Origin: Hydrurus foetidus
Lineage: Eukaryota
Assembly (NCBI GenBank): GCA_900617105.1
Contig: UYFQ01000291.1
Span: 1-39,597, forward strand
Length of the DNA: 39,597 nucleotides
Reading direction: 5' to 3'
The position numbers and the translations under genes are program-made. Below are positions 1 to 9,800 of the stretch, piece after piece. The notes under the pieces were generated by a model that was not told where the DNA came from, did no database searches, and saw nothing but the letters and a program-made list of their open reading frames with translations. The first letter of the stretch is position 1. Each line of letters opens with the position of its first letter.

Positions 1-1327
1 GGTTTGTCGAGTCTGCTGTTGAAGTAGCAGGTTTGACGAAGAGGAGGAGGAGGAAGGCTTGACGATGAAGAAAGAGGTCGATGGCTTAGGTAAAGTTGGA
101 ATAGCGCAGCCTGAATCGACTTTCAACAACTTTTTGTGACCCTCAGAGTTAATGTAGGGTGTCTGAGTACTATTATAGTACGGAGACATAGTGTAGAAAC
201 ACGTGGCGACGAAATGGCCTAATCTCCACAACCTGTGCACAGAGGTCTTTCGAATTTATCAGACTTGTCTGATTGCACAGATTGCTCGTCCTCTCGTGGA
301 CGTTTTTTGATTTTGTCCTGAGAGGAACGAGCAGGAGCTTTGATTTGGCGAGAGTTATCACCATACAAAGGAGAGACATCAATGAACCGTAAGGCATCAA
401 TTGATTCTCGTAGCTTAGCAAGCTGCGCAAGCCATACGAATCGGAAGTCTTCGATTGTAATGAGTCTTGGCGTTGTATTGTTAAGGCTACGCTGTAACAC
501 TGCTCTCCAATTGATAGGTTCGACAGGCAACTTATCGATTAGAATTTTGGTTGCCTGAAGTTGGAGAGCGGGTGTTGCATCAGGGAATCCATCAACAATA
601 TCAGCTAAAAGCTGATCTGTCTTGTCTTCCACTGATTTATTCTTCAGGTCGAATTGAAGTGCGACCTGAGAAACAGTTTCAATGAAGCTCAGCTTGTCAG
701 TTCGACTGACAGCTGATGTAGGAACTGTGAGATTGAGTTCTCTACAGAACAATTGATTCGACCAATGTTTCCAATTGTTACAGGAGTCGCGACGATCGGG
801 ATCGGTCGCAAACTTACGCTTGAGAAGCGTTGTAACGATTGATGGTTGGAAACATGGACTACGTCAACTGGTTTAAATGGAGTTCCATTTGAAAGGAGAA
901 CTTCCATTACCCGTAGTACTTCCTGACGAGAGGGCACGGCGCTCAACTTAGGAGCTCTCTCACCCGTTTGCACATATTGCTGGGGTGGTGCCATCGTCCT
1001 TGGAATAGGATTCTCAGCTGAAGCTGGTGTCGCAGCCGAAGCTGGTGTCTCAGCCGAAGCTGGTTGTAACGACAAAGCGTTCAATGCAGAAATGACAGGG
1101 GCATCAATGGCAGACATGACCGCAGGCTCCGAATCCCGCTGAGGAATCGGTGCAGACAGGTCGCCGGCGGGGTCCTGAGTCGCAGGTGACCCAAGAAAAT
1201 CTGCATCTGCTCGTCGTTGGTTATGCTCATCATGACGTTGGCGGAAAGCGACGGCCACAGCTCGAGGCTGCTGTCGTCGGAGGGCGTTGATGGAGCTAGT
1301 CTTCTTCTCCTGGCGTCGTACTGCCAT
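1..1327 (-). pseudogene. gag: Gag-like protein with CCHC zinc knuckle, split by two 1-nt frameshifts (decay or assembly error)
   Basis: ORFs 689-1327 and 219-752 join if one base is restored between about 822 and 866 (e.g. the AAA run at 850-852, giving ...VHVFQPSIVTTLLKRKFATD...). Restoring one base at about 226-227 gives CTGCGRLGHFVATC (199-239), and that frame stays open toward the window edge. An 18-bp x3 repeat (PASAET/PASAAT/PASAEN) lies near 1015-1063. Confidence 0.75.
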
Positions 1328-1540
1328 AATGTTGGCGTTGCGGGTAAAGTTGGAGGAGGAGACGGATGGAAAGAGGGAGGAGAAAAAATTTTCTCGGTTG
1401 AACTTTGACGAAACTTTGATGGAAGTAACTTTGGTGAATGACCAAATATCGATATTATGGCTCTGATCGGGACCTAGGACGATGGCACCGAAGTTGGTAG
1501 GACAGAGGGCGGGACACGGAGGGACGAAGGAAAGCGACGT

Positions 1541-1930
1541 TGTTAGGATAACGTTGTGATTATAGTTTACAGTTAAAGGATAGGTGATGTACAGTCTCCT
1601 AACAAGGCGGGAGTTCTATGTAGAACTAAGACCCAAAACTGGAATCTGGGCGTATTGTACCTATTGTACCTAGTTAACCTAGACACATTGTATCCACCTA
1701 GGGATGCATAAGGCTACACCTTCTCCTACACTCACTCCGGACTGCATAACAGACGACACTATTCATGCCACCTTTCATTTCAATCACATTTCTATTCACC
1801 GCTATTGATTTCAACAATAGCTGATCGCTCCGTCCGTCTAAGCGTAGGTCACACATATTAAGCTGTAACAACTTATAACCAATTCTGTTTCTTCCTTCCG
1901 TCTTCAAGACTTTGGGTCGATTTCCTGACA
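1541..1930 (-). repeat. Putative 5' LTR (390 bp)
   Basis: Plus strand begins TGTTAGGATA and ends TTTCCTGACA (reverse complement TGTCAGGAAA, 8/10 inverted repeat). It sits about 210 bp upstream of the gag ATG. The partner LTR is outside the window, so the boundaries are unconfirmed. Confidence 0.65.
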
Positions 1931-2569
1931 TTTATTGGTGTATCAATAATTTCACCGCAGGCTGGTGCCATCGGAAAGAAGCTGTCGTCGAAACTCATTG
2001 AAGTACACTTTAGTATCTACTCCAACCTCCGCTGTCTAGACTCCAGACATGATGTTCCTTGTGCACCAGAACGGATCAGGTAACACGGAAAATGGAATTT
2101 AAGGATTCCTCCTCACTGAGCATTGTGCTCAACATCGACACATCATACTTACTAACAGAACTCAGCCACCACGGCACTTGAGCCGTCGGCTGCATGCGCA
2201 AAATGACCGGGACTCATTGATCAATGAGCCCGTGTCGTCGCATTTGGGCCCATCGCCTCACTAGATTTTTGGTTTGCTCCGATTCCAAAGCCATCCTACG
2301 GCAAAAAAATGAGGAGCCGAAGGATATGAAGGACTGAATGGTGAGTCGTTCTCTTCGACACAAGGCTCTATGAATGTGTCTTGAACATAGATCTGATTTT
2401 GCTTCCTACTTTAGCAGCCATTTAATACTGACGCAAATCACTTTTAGGAGGTCGATGAACAAGCAAGTTTGGAGCTATGAATGATATCTCCTCGAAGCCT
2501 AGGAGCTTCGGTTGAAGGTGAGACTTTGCAAGTGGTTACATTGATGATAATTTGAGCTTATTCTCCACT

Positions 2570-3411
2570 TCAAACACTCTTAACTGGTGTTTCAGGCGCA
2601 AACGCCACTATTTTTTTTTCATGTGGAGAAAGTGGTGATATTTTATCACCCATTTTGGTGATGATGGGTTGCAAAGTAAGTCGTTCTTTTAAGAGGAGTT
2701 CTTCCTTTATATGTGAAAATGATGAGATACTTCTCAGATGCAGCACGAGTGAAGCTGTTAGCAAAATATGCAATGAATTATTCGATATGTGATTAAAACC
2801 CTCTATGCAAATCGATTGCAGATCGATTGCAATAGCCATCGAGATGGCTCCCCAGTCGACTGCGGAGGGAGATATAGCAACAGCTGCGATATTGGAGTGG
2901 AGCTAGGTCGTCCAGTTAGTTTCGTCATTGGAAGCCTGGACGATTGTGCTCTAGAATTGGATGTAGGCCTACTGCGACACCGTGATGACGGTACAATTGT
3001 TGGTGAGTACGACTGTGCGTTTGTCAGATGAAGTCGAGACAAGGAGCTGCAGGAGATTGCACCCGCTGCTAAATTATTTGTGAGTTTTGTTATCAAACCT
3101 AGAAGTGAAATTGAATGCCGAGAAGTATTACTTGTGATGTGACGCACCTTGTAGTCGAGACCGACAAATGCTCAGCTCTCCTGCTCTCTAATGGCTTCTA
3201 TATCATTTGATTGCAGTCGATAAGCGTCGATAGCTGTTGCTCCCTGCTGAATACTCCTCGATTCGTATGGAAGAATCTGGCTACGATGAATATCCTGAAG
3301 ATCAGCTGGTAAAACAAGATCATTTACCAGCATTGTTCTTCCCCGCATCTTTATTGCGGTGTTTCAAACATATTCAATTGTCTCTGTAATGTTTGTGGCT
3401 GTAATACTCAT
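2570..3411 (-). pseudogene. Degenerate coding-like region of unknown product
   Basis: The frame from ATG 3411 (MSITATNITETIEYV*NTAIKMRGRTMLVNDLVLPADLQDIHRSQ...EQES*AFVGLDYK) runs 88 codons with two in-frame TGA (3364, 3172) up to a GTGCGT donor-like site at 3147. Further fragmentary ORFs follow. No family recognised. Confidence 0.25.
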
Positions 3412-3699
3412 TTCTTCACTGGTGCACTTGTGGAATTTGTTCTTGAAATTTGAAATTTTCAGCAATTTTCTTTCATTTCCGTAAAAATATAAAATGTGTG
3501 TGCTGTCCTGTGTCTTGTGTGCTGTGTGCTGTGTGGTTATCGACACAGAAGCATTTTCAGAGACAATTTTTCATTTTCTGAAACATTCTATTGTCTTCTC
3601 TGCGACGTCGCTCTACCTGCTACGGTTTTCATCGACTGAAGTAGAACTCATAGGCAACACGTGCGACTCATCATATTTTCGCGAAAACATCGTCCAATC

Positions 3700-6195
3700 A
3701 TGTCGCTGCCAATGCACCTATCTTTCGTGGTCGCCCTCCTGCTTGTTGTGGTGGCGACGTCGTCGCCTCAATCTCTTCGAGGCCCATCGTACGAAGCGAC
3801 GAGTTCATTGACCGCAACGTCAATTTCAGCAACAGCGTCCTCAATGAGCCCATCGACAGCCCCTACAAACTACACAGCACCGATGAACTACACAACGCCG
3901 ATGAACTACACAGCGGCGATGACAATGCAACCTACCGCAATTACCACAATGATGCCTTCCCTAATGACAACGGCGGCGATGACAATGAAGCCAACCGCGA
4001 TGACCACCATGGCGCCTTCGGTCATGACAACAGAGGCGATGACAATGAAGCCTACCGCAATGACCACCACGGCGCCTTCGGTCATGGCGACAGCAGCGAT
4101 GACAATGAAGCCAACCGCAATGACCACCATGGCGCCTTCGGTCATGGCAACAGCTGCGATGACAATGAAGCCTACCGCAATGACCACCATGGCGCCTTCG
4201 GTCATGGCGACAGCAGCGATGACAATGAAGCCTACGGCAATGACCACCATGGCGCCTTCGGTCATGGCGACAGCAGCGATGACAATGAAGCCGACGGCAA
4301 TGACCACCATGGCGCCTTCGGTCATGGCATCAGAGGCGATGACAATGAAGCCTACGGCAATGACCACCATGGCGCCTTCGGTCATGGCGACAGCAGCGAT
4401 GACAATGAAGCCTACGGCAATGACCACCATGGCGCCTTTGGTCATGGCGACAGCAGCGATGACAATGAAGCCTACGGCAATGACCACCATGGCGCCTTCG
4501 GTCATGGCGACAGCAGCGATGACAATGAAGCCGACGGCAATGACCACCATGGCGCCTTCGGTCATGGCGACAGAGGCAATGACAGTGAAACCTTCCGCAA
4601 TGACCACCATGGCGCCTTCGGTCATGGCGACAGCAGCGATGACAATGAAGCCAACCGCAATGACCACCACGGCGCCTTCGGTCACGGCGACAGCAGCGAT
4701 GACAATGAAGCCAACGGCAATGACCACTATGGCGCCTTCGGTCATGGCGACAGCAGCGATGACAATGAAGCCTACCGCAATGACCACCATGGCGCCTTCG
4801 GTCATGGCGACAGAGGCAATGACAGTGAAACCTTCCGCAATGACCACCATGGCGCCTTCGGTCATGGCGACAGCAGCGATGACAATGAAGCCAACCGCAA
4901 TGACCACCATGGCGCCTACGGTCATGGCGACAGCAGCGATGACAATGAAGCCTACCGCAATGACCACCATGGCGCCTTCGGTCATGGCGACAGCAGCGAT
5001 GACAATGAAGCCTACCGCAATGACCACCATGGCGCCTTCGGTCATGGCGACAGCAGCGATGACAATGAAGCCAACCGCAATGACCACCATGGCGCCTTCG
5101 GTCATGGCAACAGCAGCAATGACAATGAAACCTACCGCAATGACCACCATGGCGCCTTCGGTCATGGCAACAGCAGCGATGACAATGAAGCCTACGGCAA
5201 TGACCACCATGGCGCCTTCGGTCATGGCAACAGAGGCGATGACAATGAAGCTTACGGCAATGACCACCATGGCGCCTTCGGTCATGGCGACAGCAGCGAT
5301 GACAATGAAACCTACGGCAATGACCACCATGGCGCCTTCGGTCATGGCGACAGAGGCAATGACAATGAAACCTACGGCAATGACCACCATGGCGCCTTCG
5401 GTCATGGCAACAGCAGCGATGACAATGAAGCCTACGGCAATGACCACCATGGCGCCTTCGGTCATGGCGACAGCAGCGATGACAATGAAACCTACGGCAA
5501 TGACCACCATGGCGCCTTCGGTCATGGCGACAGCAGCGATGACAATGAAGCCTACGGCAATGACCACCATGGCGCCTTCGGTCATGGCGACAGCAGCGAT
5601 GACAATGAAGCCTACCGCAATGACCACCATGGCGCCTTCGGTCATGGCGACAGCAGCGATGACAATGAAGCCTACGGCAATGACCACTATGGCGCCTTCG
5701 GTCATGGCGACAGCAGCGATGACAATGAAGCCTACGGCAATGACCACCATGGCGCCTTCGGTCATGGCAACAGCAGCGATGACAATGAAGCCTACCGCAA
5801 TGACCACCATGGCGCCTTCGGTCATGGCGACAGCAGCGATGACAATGAAGCCGACGGCAATGACCACCATGGCGCCTTCGGTCATGGCGACAGAGGCGAT
5901 GACAATGAAACCTACGGCAATGACCACCATGGCGCCTTCGATCATGGCGACAGCAGCGATGACAATGAAGCCTACGGCAATGACCACCATGGCGCCTTCG
6001 GTCACGGCGACAGCAGCGATGACAATGAAGCCAACGGCAATGACCACCATGGCGCCTCCCGTTATGATATCCGTTGCTCCAAGTATGATGCCAACTACCA
6101 TATCCACAACATCCTCTATGCCCATCATGGCAACCACAAAATCCTCAATGAGTCCAACGGCGACATCAACCGCCACAACGAGCATGAAGCTCTAA
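3700..6195 (+). CDS. Secreted Met/Thr/Ala-rich mucin-like tandem-repeat protein (831 aa, intronless)
   Basis: ATG 3700 starts a signal-peptide-like segment (MSLPMHLSFVVALLLVVVATSS), then SLRG, an S/T-rich linker and three NYT sequons. About 36 copies of VMATAAMTMKPTAMTTMAPS follow, then an S/T-rich tail. Repeat variation is largely synonymous in this frame (CCT/CCA/CCG, ACC/ACG, AAG/AAA). Confidence 0.85.
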   Translation: MSLPMHLSFVVALLLVVVATSSPQSLRGPSYEATSSLTATSISATASSMSPSTAPTNYTAPMNYTTPMNYTAAMTMQPTAITTMMPSLMTTAAMTMKPTAMTTMAPSVMTTEAMTMKPTAMTTTAPSVMATAAMTMKPTAMTTMAPSVMATAAMTMKPTAMTTMAPSVMATAAMTMKPTAMTTMAPSVMATAAMTMKPTAMTTMAPSVMASEAMTMKPTAMTTMAPSVMATAAMTMKPTAMTTMAPLVMATAAMTMKPTAMTTMAPSVMATAAMTMKPTAMTTMAPSVMATEAMTVKPSAMTTMAPSVMATAAMTMKPTAMTTTAPSVTATAAMTMKPTAMTTMAPSVMATAAMTMKPTAMTTMAPSVMATEAMTVKPSAMTTMAPSVMATAAMTMKPTAMTTMAPTVMATAAMTMKPTAMTTMAPSVMATAAMTMKPTAMTTMAPSVMATAAMTMKPTAMTTMAPSVMATAAMTMKPTAMTTMAPSVMATAAMTMKPTAMTTMAPSVMATEAMTMKLTAMTTMAPSVMATAAMTMKPTAMTTMAPSVMATEAMTMKPTAMTTMAPSVMATAAMTMKPTAMTTMAPSVMATAAMTMKPTAMTTMAPSVMATAAMTMKPTAMTTMAPSVMATAAMTMKPTAMTTMAPSVMATAAMTMKPTAMTTMAPSVMATAAMTMKPTAMTTMAPSVMATAAMTMKPTAMTTMAPSVMATAAMTMKPTAMTTMAPSVMATEAMTMKPTAMTTMAPSIMATAAMTMKPTAMTTMAPSVTATAAMTMKPTAMTTMAPPVMISVAPSMMPTTISTTSSMPIMATTKSSMSPTATSTATTSMKL
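3901..6060 (+). repeat. 60-bp coding tandem repeat, about 36 units
   Basis: Consensus GTCATGGCGACAGCAGCGATGACAATGAAGCCTACGGCAATGACCACCATGGCGCCTTCG repeats in exact 60-nt register with no indels; the first two and last units are more diverged. Confidence 0.97.
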
Positions 6196-6877
6196 TACAT
6201 TTATAGGTCACCAGGTGACGGTGCTCAACATTCGAGCAAAACCATTGCGTGCAACAACTGAGCAGAAAGCATCAGACAACAGACTGGATAAAGTGCCTTT
6301 CTCCGGGGTAATAACGATAATCTGTGCGTTTCGTTTTCCCATTTTTAAATCTATGTTTTTCTTGCGTACTCCTGCCTAGATAAGACAGTGTACTTGCCAC
6401 TGCATCAGGAAGACTTGATACTTCTTTTATCAAATTTTGTTAATTGTAAACTCTCTTCATTTCATACATGAATTCCTTTTTGAACGAGCTTTCCCGAAAG
6501 ACTACGACTAGCCAAAGATCGCAATCTATTTCCTCTAATGGATAAAATTCTGGCCTTCAACAGCTCAGTATGAGCTAACGCAGTCATGAAAAGCCTACAG
6601 AATGCAGAGCATTTGTGACTGGCAGATGAGAGGGAGGGATCATTTGCAGCGGACATGAAAAGTGAGGAGTGTAACCAGGGTACGTACCGTACCGTACTAG
6701 GAGAGAGACACTCGTTATGACCGACAAACCCCATTGGTGGCATGTGACATGTGACTACTTCTTCATGCTAGCCGATCAGTACTCCGATTCCGACTCGGAT
6801 GGAGGAAACGTTGTTCGATGGCGAAACACCTGTCAACCAACGGATGATCTGCGACTAGCCAAATTGCCGCCAAAAGA

Positions 6878-9800
6878 ATGGATCTGTCGAATATTGAGGA
6901 GCATTCCTGCGCATCGTGCAACAAATCAAGCGAAAGCAAATCGAACCTATCGAGTGCAGCTTTCTGGGTTAATATCGATGACAGATGTAGACATAGATTC
7001 TGCGACAAGTGCTATCAGAAAGAATTCTCGATAAAGAGGCAGGTCGGTGTGGAGGGTATCAGCAACCTCTAAGTCTACAACCGGAACCAGCTCATTAGCA
7101 TTGAGACAGATGTGCAGCTTCTGTAACGTTATTTTTAAAATCCTTCCGAACAGTTCGCCTGTCCACGTTGTAAGCATATCGTCAACAAGCAGAATGTAAG
7201 CAGTTATTAGTTGCATTAGTGCAGTCGCCGCTCCACATCCGTCGCACAAAGGATGCTCACCCATTTTCTTCTACAAATCCCACAGTTATCTCAAAAGGAC
7301 CCCGATGAGATAGAAGTCGAGCGCGATTTCACGATAAGGAAGAGAATTAAAGGAATCTATAACAAAACCCAGGACACTTTTCCTAGTGATTTAGACTACA
7401 GAAATTATGAAGAGACCGTCGAAGATGTTATTTATAATCTGGTCAACAACATCGACGTGGAGCTGACGAACAAGCAAGTGGAGCGCTATCAGAAAGATCA
7501 TTTGCAACAGGTACTTGATGGGAGTGTTTGCATTGGACGCTGCACAATAGAGCAGTTATGGAGATTTACTGAGCATCTTTCAACAGAGTATTACGGAGGT
7601 TCCTGGGAAATACTCTTTGGCGTCACTTCAATCACTGGTCACTACTTAGTACGGGTCTTGTATGAAAGGACTCCTAGATTTTATCTGGTTTCTGATGAAT
7701 TCAGACGATTCATGCGCACCGATATAATACGTGCGTGGTCATTATTTATTGCGGAGGAGGACTTCCTGACGCCACACGTTGAAAAAAGAATGTCTTCATT
7801 CTTTCCTCTGTATACCCTATTCGCTGTCAACCATCTCAAACCATCTATCACATGTGTCATTTAGATAGCAGAAGATCAATCGCGATTCCAAATGGAACAG
7901 GATCAAATCAAGGAAACTATACGGTTGACGGAAGAAGTGAAGGTCATGAAAGATCTTGAGGAGAAGGTAAACTACTAACACTACTGCAGTAGAGAACGAT
8001 GATTAATTCACACAATACTCGCGTTTCATGTAAACTTTTCATTTGTTCGTACCGTATTGTACCGTATTGTACTGTACTGTACTGTACTGTACTGTACTGT
8101 ACTGTACGTGCAGGCTTCGATTATCAAGGAACGCATCTTGAACGAAGAGAGGGCGAAGCAAATGAACGAAATTCAATTGGGGGTAAGACAAGCAGAAACT
8201 AGACTTCACACATATAGACAGCAACATTCATAGATGATGTGCCATTCTATCCTATTTTTCAATCACTTTTTATGTCTGCTGCTGCTCCGAGAATTGTGTT
8301 GTGTTTATTTCTGTCAGCAGTACTCGGTGTGCTTCCGATATACATCTCCGAATTCTTTTTCTTCCTTTTGTCCTCTTGTCACTTCTTGATGCAGACAATA
8401 CGTTATTCATCGTCCTTCATTAGCATGCACTTCTTCATCTGTTCTTCCTCATAGACGTCTTGGTAGTGTCTAATTCTTCTACTCTACTCAACTTTACTGT
8501 ACTGTGCTCTACTCAACTTTACTGTGCACTGCACTACTCTACACTACTCTACATTACTCTACTCTACTCTACTCTACACTACACTACTCTACTCTACTCT
8601 ACTTCACTATCATAGACAGTCGCGACTCTTCTGCATTTTATCCTTTCTATCTCGACATTATAAATAATTGCACCAGATTAATTTTATTCCCTCCCCCACG
8701 GATTGCCATACTATCCCTCATACGGGTAGCTCCGTTCTCACCGCCCTAATCACTCCTGTGCACTCGCTCCTCTACACTCACTATACTCGACATTGTAGGA
8801 ACGAGAGGAAATGACTGTTCCTGCCTCAACCCGCTCTGCTGCAGGGTCATCTCTCACAGCAACCGTTATTGCTCCTCCTCCTATGGTGAGTAAGTGATCA
8901 GCATGGCAATCATCTTCACTTGATTGAATTCAATTTGATTTGATTCAATTTGATTTGATTCAATTTGATTTGATTCAATTTGATTTGATTTGATTCAATT
9001 CAATTCGATTCAATCTGATTTGATTCAATTCGATTTGATTTGATTCAATTCAATTTGATTAAATTCAATTTGATTTGATTTGATTAAATTCAATTTGATT
9101 TGATTAAATTCAATTTGATTTGATTTGATTTGATTTGATTTGATTCAATTCAATTTGATTTGATTTGATTAGATTCAGTTTGATTTGATTCAATTTGATT
9201 TGACTTGATTAAATTCAATTTGATTTGATTTGATTTGATTTGATTCAATTTGATTTGATTCAATTTGATTTGATTCAATTTGATTTGATTCAATTTGATT
9301 TGATTCAATTTGATTCAATTTGATTTGATTTGATTTGATTCAATTCGATTTGATTTGATTCAATTTGATTCAATTCAATTTGATTTGATTTGATTCAATT
9401 TGATTTGATTTGATTTGATTCAATTCAATTTGATTCAATTCAATTTGATTCAATTCAATTGGATTCAATTCAATTTGATTTGATTCAATTTGATTCAATT
9501 CAATTCAATTCTATTTGATTCAATTCAATTTGATTTAATACAATTTGATTTGATTCAATTCAATTTTATTCAATTTGATTTGATTTGATTCAATTCAATT
9601 CGATTCAATCTGATTTGATTCAATTTGATTTGATTCAATTCAATTTGATTCAATTCAATTTGATTTGATTTGATTTGATTTGATTCAATTTGATTTGATT
9701 CAATTTGATTTGATTCAATTCAATTTGATTCAATTTGATTTGATTTGATTCAATTTGATTTGATTCAATTTGATTTGATTCAATTCAATTTGATTCAATT

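Larger units (their letters stand above)
1..1930 (-). mobile_element. LTR retrotransposon, 5' part (5' LTR, leader, gag); continues beyond the left edge
   Basis: TG...CA-bounded segment with terminal inverted repeats at 1541-1930, followed on the minus strand by a gag-like frame from ATG 1327 that contains a CX2CX4HX4C zinc knuckle once a 1-nt frameshift is corrected. Confidence 0.8.

Noticed and set aside
1459..1468. Partial match (ATCAGAGCC) to the initiator-Met PBS TGGTATCAGAGC
   Set aside because: It lacks the TGG and lies about 70 nt from the inferred LTR end.
3172..3366. UGA recoding (Trp/Sec) suggested by in-frame TGAs
   Set aside because: Intact genes here end in TGA (MAT1, mitochondrial carrier) and use TGG for Trp; decay is the simpler explanation.
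3906..6185. 759-aa hydrophobic antisense ORF
   Set aside because: Shadow of the 60-bp repeat: a unit without stops stays open when repeated. The plus frame has the ATG, signal peptide, sequons and unique termini.
6181..6195. C-terminal SMKL as a peroxisomal PTS1
   Set aside because: MKL is non-canonical and the protein has an N-terminal signal peptide.
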